A stretch of DNA of 47,896 nt from a virus (taxonomy: Duplodnaviria > Caudoviricetes), in the IMG/VR virus record IMGVR_UViG_3300005326_000061, positions 1-47,896 of that record; one strand, written 5' to 3'. Numbering within the stretch: position 1 is the stretch's first letter; every line of letters starts with the position of its first letter. The notes under the pieces are model-generated. The model made no database searches, was not told the origin of the DNA, and was given only the letters and a program-made list of their open reading frames with translations. Both the position numbers and the translations under genes were made by a program. This document shows positions 36,606 to 45,881 of the stretch, one piece after another.

Positions 36606-37646
36606 ATGCCTCCAGTAGTAGTAAATATTGACTCATTAACCCGCGCAGCGGTTGAGTATGATAACGTGCTTCGCACGCTTCCTTATATCACCTTGGAAGA
36701 GGTGGTGAGTACCTTCAAGTTCAACATGAAGGAGATTGCCAACAAGCATATCCTCACCTCGTTTGAGCGCAAGGGTGGAATTATGAAACCCTACGGTGCA
36801 ACAGTAACCGAGGACGAAGAAGAAGAAATTGGCAAGCTAAAAGAGAGTGAACTCGAGCTGAAAACAGCTTATTGTAATTTGTTCGACAAAATCACCAATT
36901 ATAAAGCTGTAAAAGTTCTTAGCAATGCCGGTGAAAAGGTAAACAACAAAACCAAAGAGCATCCGCTAAACCAGCAAATTCTCGAGACAGTTGTTCGCAC
37001 CTGGTCCGAGGATGTTGTTGATGCCATATTCCCAGGCGAGCGCGACGAGGAGAATAAAAGCCCGCTGGGTGCATTTGATGGTTTTGATACCAAGCTGGCT
37101 GCGCTAGTTTCTGATGGCGAAGTATCTGTAGCCAAAGGTAACCTGATTGAATCTGGTGCAATTACTGAACCGGTTGATGGTGATGACACCGACGCGCTCG
37201 ATGCCATTGTTGCCTGGTTCCGTCAGCTGGATCCTAAGCTGAGGAATGTTCCTAAGTTGTGGTACGTTCCTGATGCTGTTCTTTTACCAGTGCTTATGGC
37301 ATTGGAAAATAAGTTCAGCAACCGCAAGGAGGTGAACTTACAGGTGCTGTTGGATTACCTAACCACCCATGCGCTGGTTCGCAACTTAACCGTTGTTAAC
37401 CATGTTTGTATGGGCACCGGACAAAAGTTTTATGTAACCATTCCTGGCAACTTTGATATTGGAGTTAACACCCAATCTGATGCTCAGTTTGTTCAGGTGC
37501 GTAACATCAAAACAGATCCTAACATAGTTCAGTACTGGATTCAGGCTGAATATGGTACACGCATCAACCTTTGGAACAAAAAGGTTCTTGCAGTGAATGA
37601 GCTTGCCGCTGTTGGTAACCAGCTTTCGGGCGATTACCTCAGCTAA
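36606..37646 (+). CDS. Major capsid protein
   Basis: 346 aa directly after protease/scaffold; 'FDGFDT' motif. Confidence 0.75.
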   Translation: MPPVVVNIDSLTRAAVEYDNVLRTLPYITLEEVVSTFKFNMKEIANKHILTSFERKGGIMKPYGATVTEDEEEEIGKLKESELELKTAYCNLFDKITNYKAVKVLSNAGEKVNNKTKEHPLNQQILETVVRTWSEDVVDAIFPGERDEENKSPLGAFDGFDTKLAALVSDGEVSVAKGNLIESGAITEPVDGDDTDALDAIVAWFRQLDPKLRNVPKLWYVPDAVLLPVLMALENKFSNRKEVNLQVLLDYLTTHALVRNLTVVNHVCMGTGQKFYVTIPGNFDIGVNTQSDAQFVQVRNIKTDPNIVQYWIQAEYGTRINLWNKKVLAVNELAAVGNQLSGDYLS

Positions 37647-37686
37647 CTATAAATTCCGTTTGCCTAGTTCCTTTTCCCTGACCCTT

Positions 37687-37719
37687 CCAACCACCCCCAT
37701 ACAGCGGGGTGGTTGGTTT
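37687..37719 (+). terminator. Hairpin after capsid gene
   Basis: ccaaccacccc/ggggtggttgg 11-bp stem. Confidence 0.6.
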
Positions 37720-37737
37720 AAAAAAAAAACGACTAAC

Positions 37738-38397
37738 ATGTTCAACATAAAACTTAATACAAAAAACGTGCTGCTGCTCATTGCGGCGCTCGTTTGCGTT
37801 GCATTGGCCTTTGCCATGCAGGATGTATCCGGGTTTGCCATGGCCTACTTTCCATTTGCTGCCGTTGGGCACACCGATGGGGAGAGCAACATGCCTGGTA
37901 CCAGAATTACCGCATACTTTTGCCCCATCGCAGGCATTACCACATTCCCGAGTAGAGTAGCCGTACCAACCACCAACGATGAGCGGATTAGGCTACAGGG
38001 AACGTATGTGTGCGCGGCGCAAATGAACTTTGTGGCGCTTTACCTATCCTATAAATCGGGAACGTTCAAAGCTGAACCAGTAGGCGATATTGATGGAGGA
38101 GCATACAACCTAAGCGCAGAGCTATTCCACCCGGGCAGTAAGGATGAAGTGGCAGGTTTTGCTGCTGCAATTCTTAACACTCCTGGCGTGCTAATCCTAA
38201 TTGAGGAGAATGGAGAGAGGCTGGTGATGGGAAGCGATATTCACCCATGCTACATTAAGGGCGCCTTTGATCTGGGTAAAGCAACACCCGATCGCAAAGG
38301 GTTTACCTTTACCGCTGAATCGATCTCCGATAACCCATTAACCCGCTACCACGGGGTGATCCCAATTAGCGGAAGCAGCGTTCCAGCAATAAGCTAG
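37738..38397 (+). CDS. Putative major tail tube protein
   Basis: 'NMPG', 'GDIDGG', 'VMGSDIHP', 'DRKGFTFT' beta-rich pattern; ATG at 37738 (alternatives 37816, 37839). Confidence 0.6.
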   Translation: MFNIKLNTKNVLLLIAALVCVALAFAMQDVSGFAMAYFPFAAVGHTDGESNMPGTRITAYFCPIAGITTFPSRVAVPTTNDERIRLQGTYVCAAQMNFVALYLSYKSGTFKAEPVGDIDGGAYNLSAELFHPGSKDEVAGFAAAILNTPGVLILIEENGERLVMGSDIHPCYIKGAFDLGKATPDRKGFTFTAESISDNPLTRYHGVIPISGSSVPAIS

Positions 38398-38401
38398 TAC
38401 C

Positions 38402-38632
38402 ATGAAAAAGTACACGCTTAAGGGGATTGATCCCCCTGGAACAGTTGACCTCTATAAGGTGGGTAAAGTGAACCTGGAGGATCTGCCGGAGGAAAAGCTC
38501 GATGAGCTTTACCAACAGGGTAATCCTTACCTAGAGCTGATAACCGGGGATTACCAAAAGGTAATCTCAAAAAAACCGCCGATTACCACCAAAAAAACGC
38601 CCATAAGAGCAAGTCATCTAAAACCCCGGTAA
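38402..38632 (+). CDS. Small hypothetical protein
   Basis: 76 aa ORF. Confidence 0.65.
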   Translation: MKKYTLKGIDPPGTVDLYKVGKVNLEDLPEEKLDELYQQGNPYLELITGDYQKVISKKPPITTKKTPIRASHLKPR

Positions 38633-38645
38633 CGGGGTTTTTTTT
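38620..38645 (+). terminator. Intrinsic terminator
   Basis: aaaaccccg-gtaa-cggggtttttttt. Confidence 0.8.
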
Positions 38646-38737
38646 GCTATAATGTGCTTTGTGTGCCGTAGCTTTAGCGTAGGCATGTCCTTTTATTAAT
38701 ACCATTCTCGCTATTACTTCGTGCAAAATGTAGAACA

Positions 38738-39082
38738 ATGAGCTACTTTACAGCGGGTACTAAAATCGAAAAAATCTTCTGGATCGAAAATGCAGAAACC
38801 AGCGAATCGGTGGATATATCCGATGTAGTTGGTTCGCTCTACGAGGTTAAAACTAACCGCGTGGTACAGCGATTCGATAACGAGGGGGAAAACCCTGCCC
38901 CTGAAGATTTAGGAAACAACCAGTTTAAATTCACGTTTACCCCGGAGATCACACGCCGGTGCCCTATTGGAGTTGAGCTATGGTTTGATGTTTACGCAGG
39001 TAATATTGAGCGTATTTTCCGTGGAAAATTTGGTACAGCACTTCAATCCCCCCTAAGCAATGAACAAGTACAAATGTCATGA
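38738..39082 (+). CDS. Small structural protein (BppU-N-like)
   Basis: 114 aa, beta-rich, after a late promoter motif. Confidence 0.5.
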   Translation: MSYFTAGTKIEKIFWIENAETSESVDISDVVGSLYEVKTNRVVQRFDNEGENPAPEDLGNNQFKFTFTPEITRRCPIGVELWFDVYAGNIERIFRGKFGTALQSPLSNEQVQMS

Positions 39083-39884
39083 GATCCCCCAACCCGACTT
39101 TGATGCATCATTTGATGATGACATGAAGGTGGTTGGGTATATGGCTCCGGGCGGTGGAATTGAAGAAGCCCCCGAGGATGATATAGCCTATTCCCGTAAA
39201 AATAAGGATTGGGTAGTAGCGACAGAAGGCGGTGGTGGTGGAGTTAAGCCTTATGATACACGTGAAGAATTTCCAGAAACAGGAGAGACTGATGTACTTT
39301 ATTTAGTAACAACCGGTGATGATGCTGGAAAAACGTATTATTGGGACACCGATGATTATTACCAAACTGCCAGCGGAGCAAGTTCTAAGGAGGATATTAC
39401 TGGGTTAAAAATTGCAGATTCCCCAGAGTTTGCCAATATCCAGATAACCACACTATACGGAGGTGAGCCAGCCGGAGCCCTGGACGATGACTCGTGGACA
39501 TGGCTGGGGGCAACAGCAAAGAGTGTGTTATCAGTACTTATAAAGATCATTCAATACCTTTATTCCGTAAAGGATGTTATTACCTACTCTACCAATAGAA
39601 CAGGACAGGCATTTACAGGCGTGGTGCTATTGGATAGGGATTGCACGCAGTACAACTCATACACCATGGTTGGTGCATTAGAGCTATCAGTTGGGGCAAA
39701 CCCAGTGGTTGGTGGTTTTGCCGAAGGAATTATAGTTGGTAATGGGGTAAATACCCCAACGCTGAATGGCATTACGTTATGGCCAGAGAGTTTAGCATTT
39801 GATCCAACGGCAGCAAAGCAAAATAAATTTATTGTGGTGAAATACGGTGGTGGGGTGTATATTAAATGGACGCAAATGAACTAA
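39060..39884 (+). CDS. Tail fibre-like protein
   Basis: 'IEEAPEDDIAYSRKNKDWV' and 'FPETGETDVLYL' fibre-type repeats. Confidence 0.55.
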   Translation: MNKYKCHEIPQPDFDASFDDDMKVVGYMAPGGGIEEAPEDDIAYSRKNKDWVVATEGGGGGVKPYDTREEFPETGETDVLYLVTTGDDAGKTYYWDTDDYYQTASGASSKEDITGLKIADSPEFANIQITTLYGGEPAGALDDDSWTWLGATAKSVLSVLIKIIQYLYSVKDVITYSTNRTGQAFTGVVLLDRDCTQYNSYTMVGALELSVGANPVVGGFAEGIIVGNGVNTPTLNGITLWPESLAFDPTAAKQNKFIVVKYGGGVYIKWTQMN

Positions 39885-39887
39885 CAG

Positions 39888-41750
39888 ATGGGTAGTAAGA
39901 AGTTTTCCATGATGGCAGCCAATCTTGATCCGATCACAATAGCCTATGTGAACGGAATGACTACACGCCCATCAGCCGCATTCGTTCAAATCATCAACCA
40001 ATACTTTGTTAAAAACAAAAAAACCGTTAACGGGGTTGTAATTACCGCCAAAAGTATTATCGCCAAAGCAGATGTGATGTACCTTGGTAATATCAACGAT
40101 TCCGATGATTCCTTTAGAAACCTTGCTAAAAATGCCCATCATGGGACAAAGCAGGGTAGTGGTTTGGTTTGGGATGCCTATTGGGGTTACTCCAACCCAG
40201 CAGGAACAGGGTATGTTGATACCAACTACAACCCATCAACACAAGGGGTTAATTATACACAAAATAATGCAGGTTTTGCAATAAATCTACACAATAACAT
40301 AGCAGCATCAGCGCAATACCCAATTGGGGTAAAATCAACAAACACAATAGGATTTAATGTCAATACAGATTCATTTGCAATTAACCAACTAGCATTGCTT
40401 GCCAGAACAAGCATTCCTTTTAGGGCAGGATTACACGGATTTTATAGAACGCTATCCAACGCAATTAATGCTAAAAATCAAAATTTAGCTAACACTACAG
40501 GAACAAATGCAAGTACCTCTATACCAAGTGGAAATATACATCTATTCAATTGTAATGGGTTAACGGTGTACTATCTAGGGGGTCTAAACTTCACTTACAT
40601 TGGAGCATCCCTTTCTGATGATGAGTTTACAGCACTCAATTTAATTGTAAATGAGTACCTGAAACAATGCCTATATCTCAAATATGGTGCAAGTAACTGG
40701 GGTGTGCAAATGGCAAAAAGTTACTTTGATACGCTCCATAACTTTGAACCCTATGAGGCTTTTGAGATTTACGAGTTTATTAAAAGGCATCAGAGTGATT
40801 ATGTAGATAGTTCTGGAATAGGTTACTATTACAATACTTTTCAACCCACAAAAACAGTTGCGGATTACATTATGCTATTTAAGGCAGGAGGAAATTTAGT
40901 AGTTGGTACGTGGGTAAAAACAGGGGATACCACTCGATGGAATCATGATGGAACAATTACTTCAATAAATTCATTTCCAGCTTATACAAGAGGCACAAAT
41001 TTGGGAATTATAACGGTTAGTAGCACAGATGGATGGAATGCTTTGAGCCTATTATTTGTACCACAAACATCTGGTTCAGTTAATTGTTGTTATGGTAATT
41101 TTCCAATGTTTGAAAAAATTAAATCAACAAATACCTACTTATCTATTGGAAACACAAGATGGAAGGCAGATTTAAGAAATTCTAATTTTAGTGTTGGTTT
41201 AATTTGTTCAGGAATATCTAATCCCGGGTATGTAAAAATCAATATGAATAGATTTGTTGGTGGACCAACTTTGTCGGGATATTTATATATTTATGCTATA
41301 ACCAGCCCCACTAGTGAGATCACAGGAGATATGTCATTGTGGACGAATGAATATATTTCAACAAGAGCATGGCAAGTTTATACTTCTACTTCTAATAGAA
41401 TAATGGAAGGTCTTATTGGAACTTTAAATAACTTCATTCTTAGCAATAATACTAATACAATAAATTTGTACTGTACGGGAATTACAGGAGGTTTTCTTAA
41501 TTGGAATAAAAACCTATCGAGTTGTAATTTGAGTAATAATTATTTTAGTACAACTGCTGTTGATTCTCAACTATCAGTTATTAATACTTATTTCGCAGCA
41601 ATTACTCCAATACAAAATTTAACATTAAACCTTAGTGGTGCAACAATGGGCATCCCAACTGGCGGGGCAAGCAATGCTGATCTATTAGGGATAGTAGCAA
41701 AGCACACAGCAGCCGGATTTACAGCAACAATAACAGTAAGAATAGTTTAA
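39888..41750 (+). CDS. Putative receptor-binding/fibre protein
   Basis: 620 aa Asn/Thr/Gly-rich; lectin-like N-half, LRR-like C-half; lower GC. Confidence 0.5.
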   Translation: MGSKKFSMMAANLDPITIAYVNGMTTRPSAAFVQIINQYFVKNKKTVNGVVITAKSIIAKADVMYLGNINDSDDSFRNLAKNAHHGTKQGSGLVWDAYWGYSNPAGTGYVDTNYNPSTQGVNYTQNNAGFAINLHNNIAASAQYPIGVKSTNTIGFNVNTDSFAINQLALLARTSIPFRAGLHGFYRTLSNAINAKNQNLANTTGTNASTSIPSGNIHLFNCNGLTVYYLGGLNFTYIGASLSDDEFTALNLIVNEYLKQCLYLKYGASNWGVQMAKSYFDTLHNFEPYEAFEIYEFIKRHQSDYVDSSGIGYYYNTFQPTKTVADYIMLFKAGGNLVVGTWVKTGDTTRWNHDGTITSINSFPAYTRGTNLGIITVSSTDGWNALSLLFVPQTSGSVNCCYGNFPMFEKIKSTNTYLSIGNTRWKADLRNSNFSVGLICSGISNPGYVKINMNRFVGGPTLSGYLYIYAITSPTSEITGDMSLWTNEYISTRAWQVYTSTSNRIMEGLIGTLNNFILSNNTNTINLYCTGITGGFLNWNKNLSSCNLSNNYFSTTAVDSQLSVINTYFAAITPIQNLTLNLSGATMGIPTGGASNADLLGIVAKHTAAGFTATITVRIV

Positions 41751-41760
41751 AAATAAAAAT

Positions 41761-42186
41761 ATGAGAACAATTCAAGTGGCAATAGTAAGTTTCCAGAAAC
41801 CTTTTTTCACGTACAATGAAAAGGGATGCAAACATTTACCCACCTCAGTAGATGCTGGGAGTGAGGCAATATCCACCTTGGAGAATGGGGATCAGTACTT
41901 TGAGGGGGATACCATTGAGGAGGTGATGGCCGAGTTTGATCGGTTGGGGTTTGTTATGCCAGAGGATGATCAGTGGGATTTTCCTGAGCGAAAAATTAAG
42001 GTAAGCATACCAGATTCTAATCTACTGGATATGCTCAAAGCCTACCCTGAGCTGATTGGTTTTTTGGATATACTCAAGGAGTTTATTATCAAGCGAAATG
42101 GGAATCAGCTTATCTACCTTGAGGAGATATACCCAGAGCATAAAGAACTTTTCAACGCTTTTGGTGCAAACATTACTATAGGTTAG
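41761..42186 (+). CDS. Hypothetical protein (possible fibre chaperone)
   Basis: 141 aa after fibre gene. Confidence 0.6.
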   Translation: MRTIQVAIVSFQKPFFTYNEKGCKHLPTSVDAGSEAISTLENGDQYFEGDTIEEVMAEFDRLGFVMPEDDQWDFPERKIKVSIPDSNLLDMLKAYPELIGFLDILKEFIIKRNGNQLIYLEEIYPEHKELFNAFGANITIG

Positions 42187-42253
42187 TGTCCTTTTGCGGT
42201 AACTTTTAAACGGCAATTTTAGCTGCAAATAACAGTAATTACTGAAAAGCAGA

Positions 42254-43660
42254 ATGAAAATTGCCTTTCTTATTACCACCTACAACCGCCCCGATTTGCT
42301 CTCACTGCTTATTGATGATATCCTGGCAGAGCAAAAAAACCACAGCATAGCTCTAATTATTGCCGATGATGCCTCCAAGGAAAGCTATAGGCAAGTGTAT
42401 GATAAGCTGGAGAAATGCACAACAATCAGTTTTATTTTACTCAACTCTCAGGTACACCACGGCAAGCAGCACTACTACAAGCTGATAAACCGTTTGTTTT
42501 TTGAGATCAAAAACAAAACTTTCGATTACTACATACAGCTCCCGGATGATGTAAGGCTGGTGGCTGGCTTTTTTGATAAGGCCATCTACCAGTTTAACCA
42601 TATCAACGATCCGCGCAAGGTATGCCTTAACATCCTCAATGATTTCTCGCGCAAAGGGCCTATTTGGGTGGGCTATACTCCCCATGAGTTTGGGCATGTG
42701 ATTAAAACAGGCTGGATGGATATGTGCTATATCGCCAACACCCGGTTCTTTAAAACCCTAAACTATTCTGTTAAGGTGGATGAAAGTTTCTCCTCCAAGC
42801 CGGGGCTGAGCAGCGGGGTTGGGATGGAGATATCAAAGAATATTTTCTCCAAAAAACTAGGCATGTACCAGGTAAAAAAGAGCTTGGTAAAGCACGGATT
42901 CCACAAAAGCGTAATGCATATGAAGCACAGAGAGAAGATCCCGCTCATCTCCAACCATGAGCATGTTACGGCCAACGTGGCCAGCATCCCACAGCGGGCA
43001 AAGGCTCTGGAGGAGATGGTAAAGAGCATCATCAACCAGGTTGATGAGCTGAACGTTTTCCTGAATAACTACCTGAGCGTTCCGGCATTTCTAAAAAACC
43101 CAAAGATTAAGGTTTTTAGGAGTCAGGATTACGGCGATATGGGTGATGTGGGCAAGTTCTTTGCCTATAACCTGTGGAAACCCGGGTATATTTTTACCAT
43201 GGACGATGACCTGGTGTACTTCCCCGGTTACGTAAACAAGCTGGTGATTGGTATTGAAAAGTATGAGAAAAAAGCGGTGGTTAGCCTGCACGGTCGCAGG
43301 TTTACCCAGCTGCCAATTCATTCATACTACCATGCCAATTGTACTGGTTTTCGGTGTTTGGGATCTCATCCCAAGGATGAGCCTATTCATATTCCCGGAA
43401 CGGGGGTTCTGGCATTCCATACCGATACCATTCTGCCAAAGATTACCGATTTTAAGGCGATCAACATGGCCGATATCTGGATCGGAATTCTGTGCCAGAA
43501 AAAGAGCATCCCGGTGGTTATGCTTGCCCATGAGGCGGGTTGGGTAAAAGACTCGCCACACTATGATCATAAGTACACCATCTACGAATTCCTTAAAAAC
43601 AAGGATAAAGTACAAACCGATGCGGTGAATAGTACCAAATGGATCCTGCACAAAATTTAG
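42254..43660 (+). CDS. Tandem GT-A (GT2-like) glycosyltransferase
   Basis: Domain 1 'ITTYNRP..IADDAS..QLPDD'; domain 2 'ASIPQR..GDVGKF..TMDDDLVY..PGTG..NMADIW'. Confidence 0.85.
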   Translation: MKIAFLITTYNRPDLLSLLIDDILAEQKNHSIALIIADDASKESYRQVYDKLEKCTTISFILLNSQVHHGKQHYYKLINRLFFEIKNKTFDYYIQLPDDVRLVAGFFDKAIYQFNHINDPRKVCLNILNDFSRKGPIWVGYTPHEFGHVIKTGWMDMCYIANTRFFKTLNYSVKVDESFSSKPGLSSGVGMEISKNIFSKKLGMYQVKKSLVKHGFHKSVMHMKHREKIPLISNHEHVTANVASIPQRAKALEEMVKSIINQVDELNVFLNNYLSVPAFLKNPKIKVFRSQDYGDMGDVGKFFAYNLWKPGYIFTMDDDLVYFPGYVNKLVIGIEKYEKKAVVSLHGRRFTQLPIHSYYHANCTGFRCLGSHPKDEPIHIPGTGVLAFHTDTILPKITDFKAINMADIWIGILCQKKSIPVVMLAHEAGWVKDSPHYDHKYTIYEFLKNKDKVQTDAVNSTKWILHKI

Positions 43661-43670
43661 CCTTTGCCTA

Positions 43671-43708
43671 GACATATAACCCACCGGTTAACCGGTGGGT
43701 TATATGTC
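43671..43708. repeat. Perfect palindrome, copy 3 (38 bp)
   Basis: GACATATAACCCACCGGTTAACCGGTGGGTTATATGTC. Confidence 0.9.
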
Positions 43709-43784
43709 CTTTCTACTCTTAAAAACTTACCGCAAACTTGCAGCTGATAATTATCAACCTAATTTTTAACTAATAAATACAACC

Positions 43785-44582
43785 ATGAATGATCTGCAGA
43801 TAATTGGTGGATGGGTAAAAGACCCAAAACGTAAATTCTCCGATGGCCTAGCCATGCGCGAGAAGTATAAGATTAACAACCGGATGGATGATTTCTTTGC
43901 CAGAGCAAATCCTGATAAACCCTCCAGCACCGAAATCAACATGCTGCTGCAGGAGATTACCAAAATATGCATTAAGCTGCGCAATAACCCGAGGCTAATT
44001 GAGGCAAAAGCGGAGCAGCTGATGGCACCCAAAAAGCTGATTGATGTTACCCCGCTAAAACCCATCAGGCAGGGTAAAGTAAAAATTGAATCCAGCACCA
44101 TCAAGGAGGATGATCTACCCGATTCGTTAAAACCAACATTTTTACGCATTAAGGAGATTATGCCATTGCTTAGCGCTAATCACGCCAACCTTAAAGCAGC
44201 CAAAAGCGATGCTGTTGCCAAGCAGCTATCGGAGGAGATTGTTGCGCTCGATGCCGAAAAAAAAGCCCACTGGGCACATATTGACAAGTACTACAAATCC
44301 AGAAGCGTTACCCTAGTGATTAATTCAGATGTGCAAGAAGAAGTTGTAAAAACTCCTCTGGAAAAGATCATGGAGATACAGAACATCGAGGAACGTATGC
44401 TTGCCATCAAGAAACGCGAAAAGGTTGTAGTTGATGATATCGCCAAAGCCCAGGAGAAACTTGAGGAGTTTAAGAAAAGTAAACCCCACATGGTAAAAGA
44501 CAAGGAAGCATCTATTGCCAAAAAAGAGAAAGAGCTTAAAGCGTTGAAGGATGCACGAGCAGCTAGTAAAGGAAATAAGTAG
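43785..44582 (+). CDS. Coiled-coil hypothetical protein
   Basis: 265 aa, Lys/Glu-rich. Confidence 0.75.
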   Translation: MNDLQIIGGWVKDPKRKFSDGLAMREKYKINNRMDDFFARANPDKPSSTEINMLLQEITKICIKLRNNPRLIEAKAEQLMAPKKLIDVTPLKPIRQGKVKIESSTIKEDDLPDSLKPTFLRIKEIMPLLSANHANLKAAKSDAVAKQLSEEIVALDAEKKAHWAHIDKYYKSRSVTLVINSDVQEEVVKTPLEKIMEIQNIEERMLAIKKREKVVVDDIAKAQEKLEEFKKSKPHMVKDKEASIAKKEKELKALKDARAASKGNK

Positions 44583-45051
44583 CATCGCCCCTAACCGGGT
44601 TGTGCCATTCTTTAGTGAGGGAAGGTGGAGCTTATACCACCTTTTCTCATTTATACTATCCATTACCGGTCCTGCCAACGTTAAAATTTCATCGTTTAGC
44701 CTTTCCGAGGCAGCCATAAGAACATTTTTTACCGAGAAGCAGAATGGCAATATTTTGGACATTAAGCTGCTAATAGATACTACAATTCCAAGCCGCAAGC
44801 CGGATTTAACCCTTTTTGTATCGGATTTTATTAAGGATATCAGGCTAATTCCCAACCATAGCAAGCTGGTGCTGGTTCAAAATGATACTTGGAATGTGGT
44901 AATTGTAAGCAGCCAAAACCTTACCCCCAACCCACGGTTGGAATCTGGTATAATTTTTACCACTGCAGCAGAGTTTGATTATTTCAATAACAAGTTTGAT
45001 GAGTTCTACTCAAAAGCACTCCCGCTTAATCTTTTCTCCCATGGATCCTGA
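44551..45051 (+). CDS. PLD-like (HKD) nuclease-fold protein
   Basis: 'NHSKLVLV...SSQNLT.NPRLE'. Confidence 0.7.
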   Translation: MHEQLVKEISSIAPNRVVPFFSEGRWSLYHLFSFILSITGPANVKISSFSLSEAAIRTFFTEKQNGNILDIKLLIDTTIPSRKPDLTLFVSDFIKDIRLIPNHSKLVLVQNDTWNVVIVSSQNLTPNPRLESGIIFTTAAEFDYFNNKFDEFYSKALPLNLFSHGS

Positions 45052-45310
45052 GCAGCTAAAACAGATAGAGGAGATGGCTCAAGCGTTGATGACCCCCGAG
45101 GAAATTGCCGTACTGCTTGGTTTAGATACCAGAAAGTTTGTTTACCAGGTTCAGAAAAAGGAATCGGAGGAGTTTAAGGCCTACAATAAGGGAAGGTTGT
45201 TAACCAAGCTGGAGCTGCGCAGGAAAGTTATAATGCTGGCAAAAGCCAGTAGCCCACAGGCCGAGGTTTTGGCCGATAAGTACTTAATTGATACTGAAAA
45301 CAATGCCTAA
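45041..45310 (+). CDS. Terminase-small-subunit-like HTH protein
   Basis: 'MDPEQLKQIEEMA..MTPEEIAVLLG..AYNKGR'; upstream of terL. Confidence 0.55.
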   Translation: MDPEQLKQIEEMAQALMTPEEIAVLLGLDTRKFVYQVQKKESEEFKAYNKGRLLTKLELRRKVIMLAKASSPQAEVLADKYLIDTENNA

Positions 45311-45881
45311 AAAAGACATAACCCTTGCCGATAAGATTTGGATAACCCTGTACAAGAAGCCGGATGAGGTTGATATCACCTTTACCCCTGGTGAGCTGGA
45401 GATAAAAAAAATGTACGAGGATGTTTTTGCCAAATGGCTGGACGACCCGTTGATACAGGACAAGGATATGCTGTTTTACCTGGAGAACGATCACCATCGA
45501 AGCAGATCACAAGCCTACCGTGATATAGTTAACATAAAATCAGTTTTGGGAAATGTAAAGAACGCTACCAAGGAGTGGCATCGGTTTACGGTGATTGAAA
45601 CGCTCAAGGATGCGATAAAGCGAGCCAAGGCAAAGAAGGATTACTACGGGATGATCATGGCTGCCGATAAGCTGGGGAAATACACCAAGCTTGATAAGGA
45701 GGAGGCGGAGGAAATTCCTTGGCACGAGATTATTCCACCGGAATTTGAGCCAACCGATGATGTTACGGTGCTGGGTTTAGAAAAGATTCCCAACCTATCG
45801 GAAAGGCGTAAGAAGTTGGAGCGCAAATACCTATCACATGTTAAGATCACCGATGCTAAGATAGTTGATGACGATGAGTAA
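45303..45881 (+). CDS. Putative terminase small subunit
   Basis: HTH-like 'SRSQAYRDI'; directly upstream of and overlapping terL. Confidence 0.5.
   Translation: MPKKDITLADKIWITLYKKPDEVDITFTPGELEIKKMYEDVFAKWLDDPLIQDKDMLFYLENDHHRSRSQAYRDIVNIKSVLGNVKNATKEWHRFTVIETLKDAIKRAKAKKDYYGMIMAADKLGKYTKLDKEEAEEIPWHEIIPPEFEPTDDVTVLGLEKIPNLSERRKKLERKYLSHVKITDAKIVDDDE

Noticed and set aside
43671-43708. Protelomerase (telRL) site of a linear plasmid prophage
   Set aside because: No protelomerase gene; three dispersed copies; an integrase and attP are present
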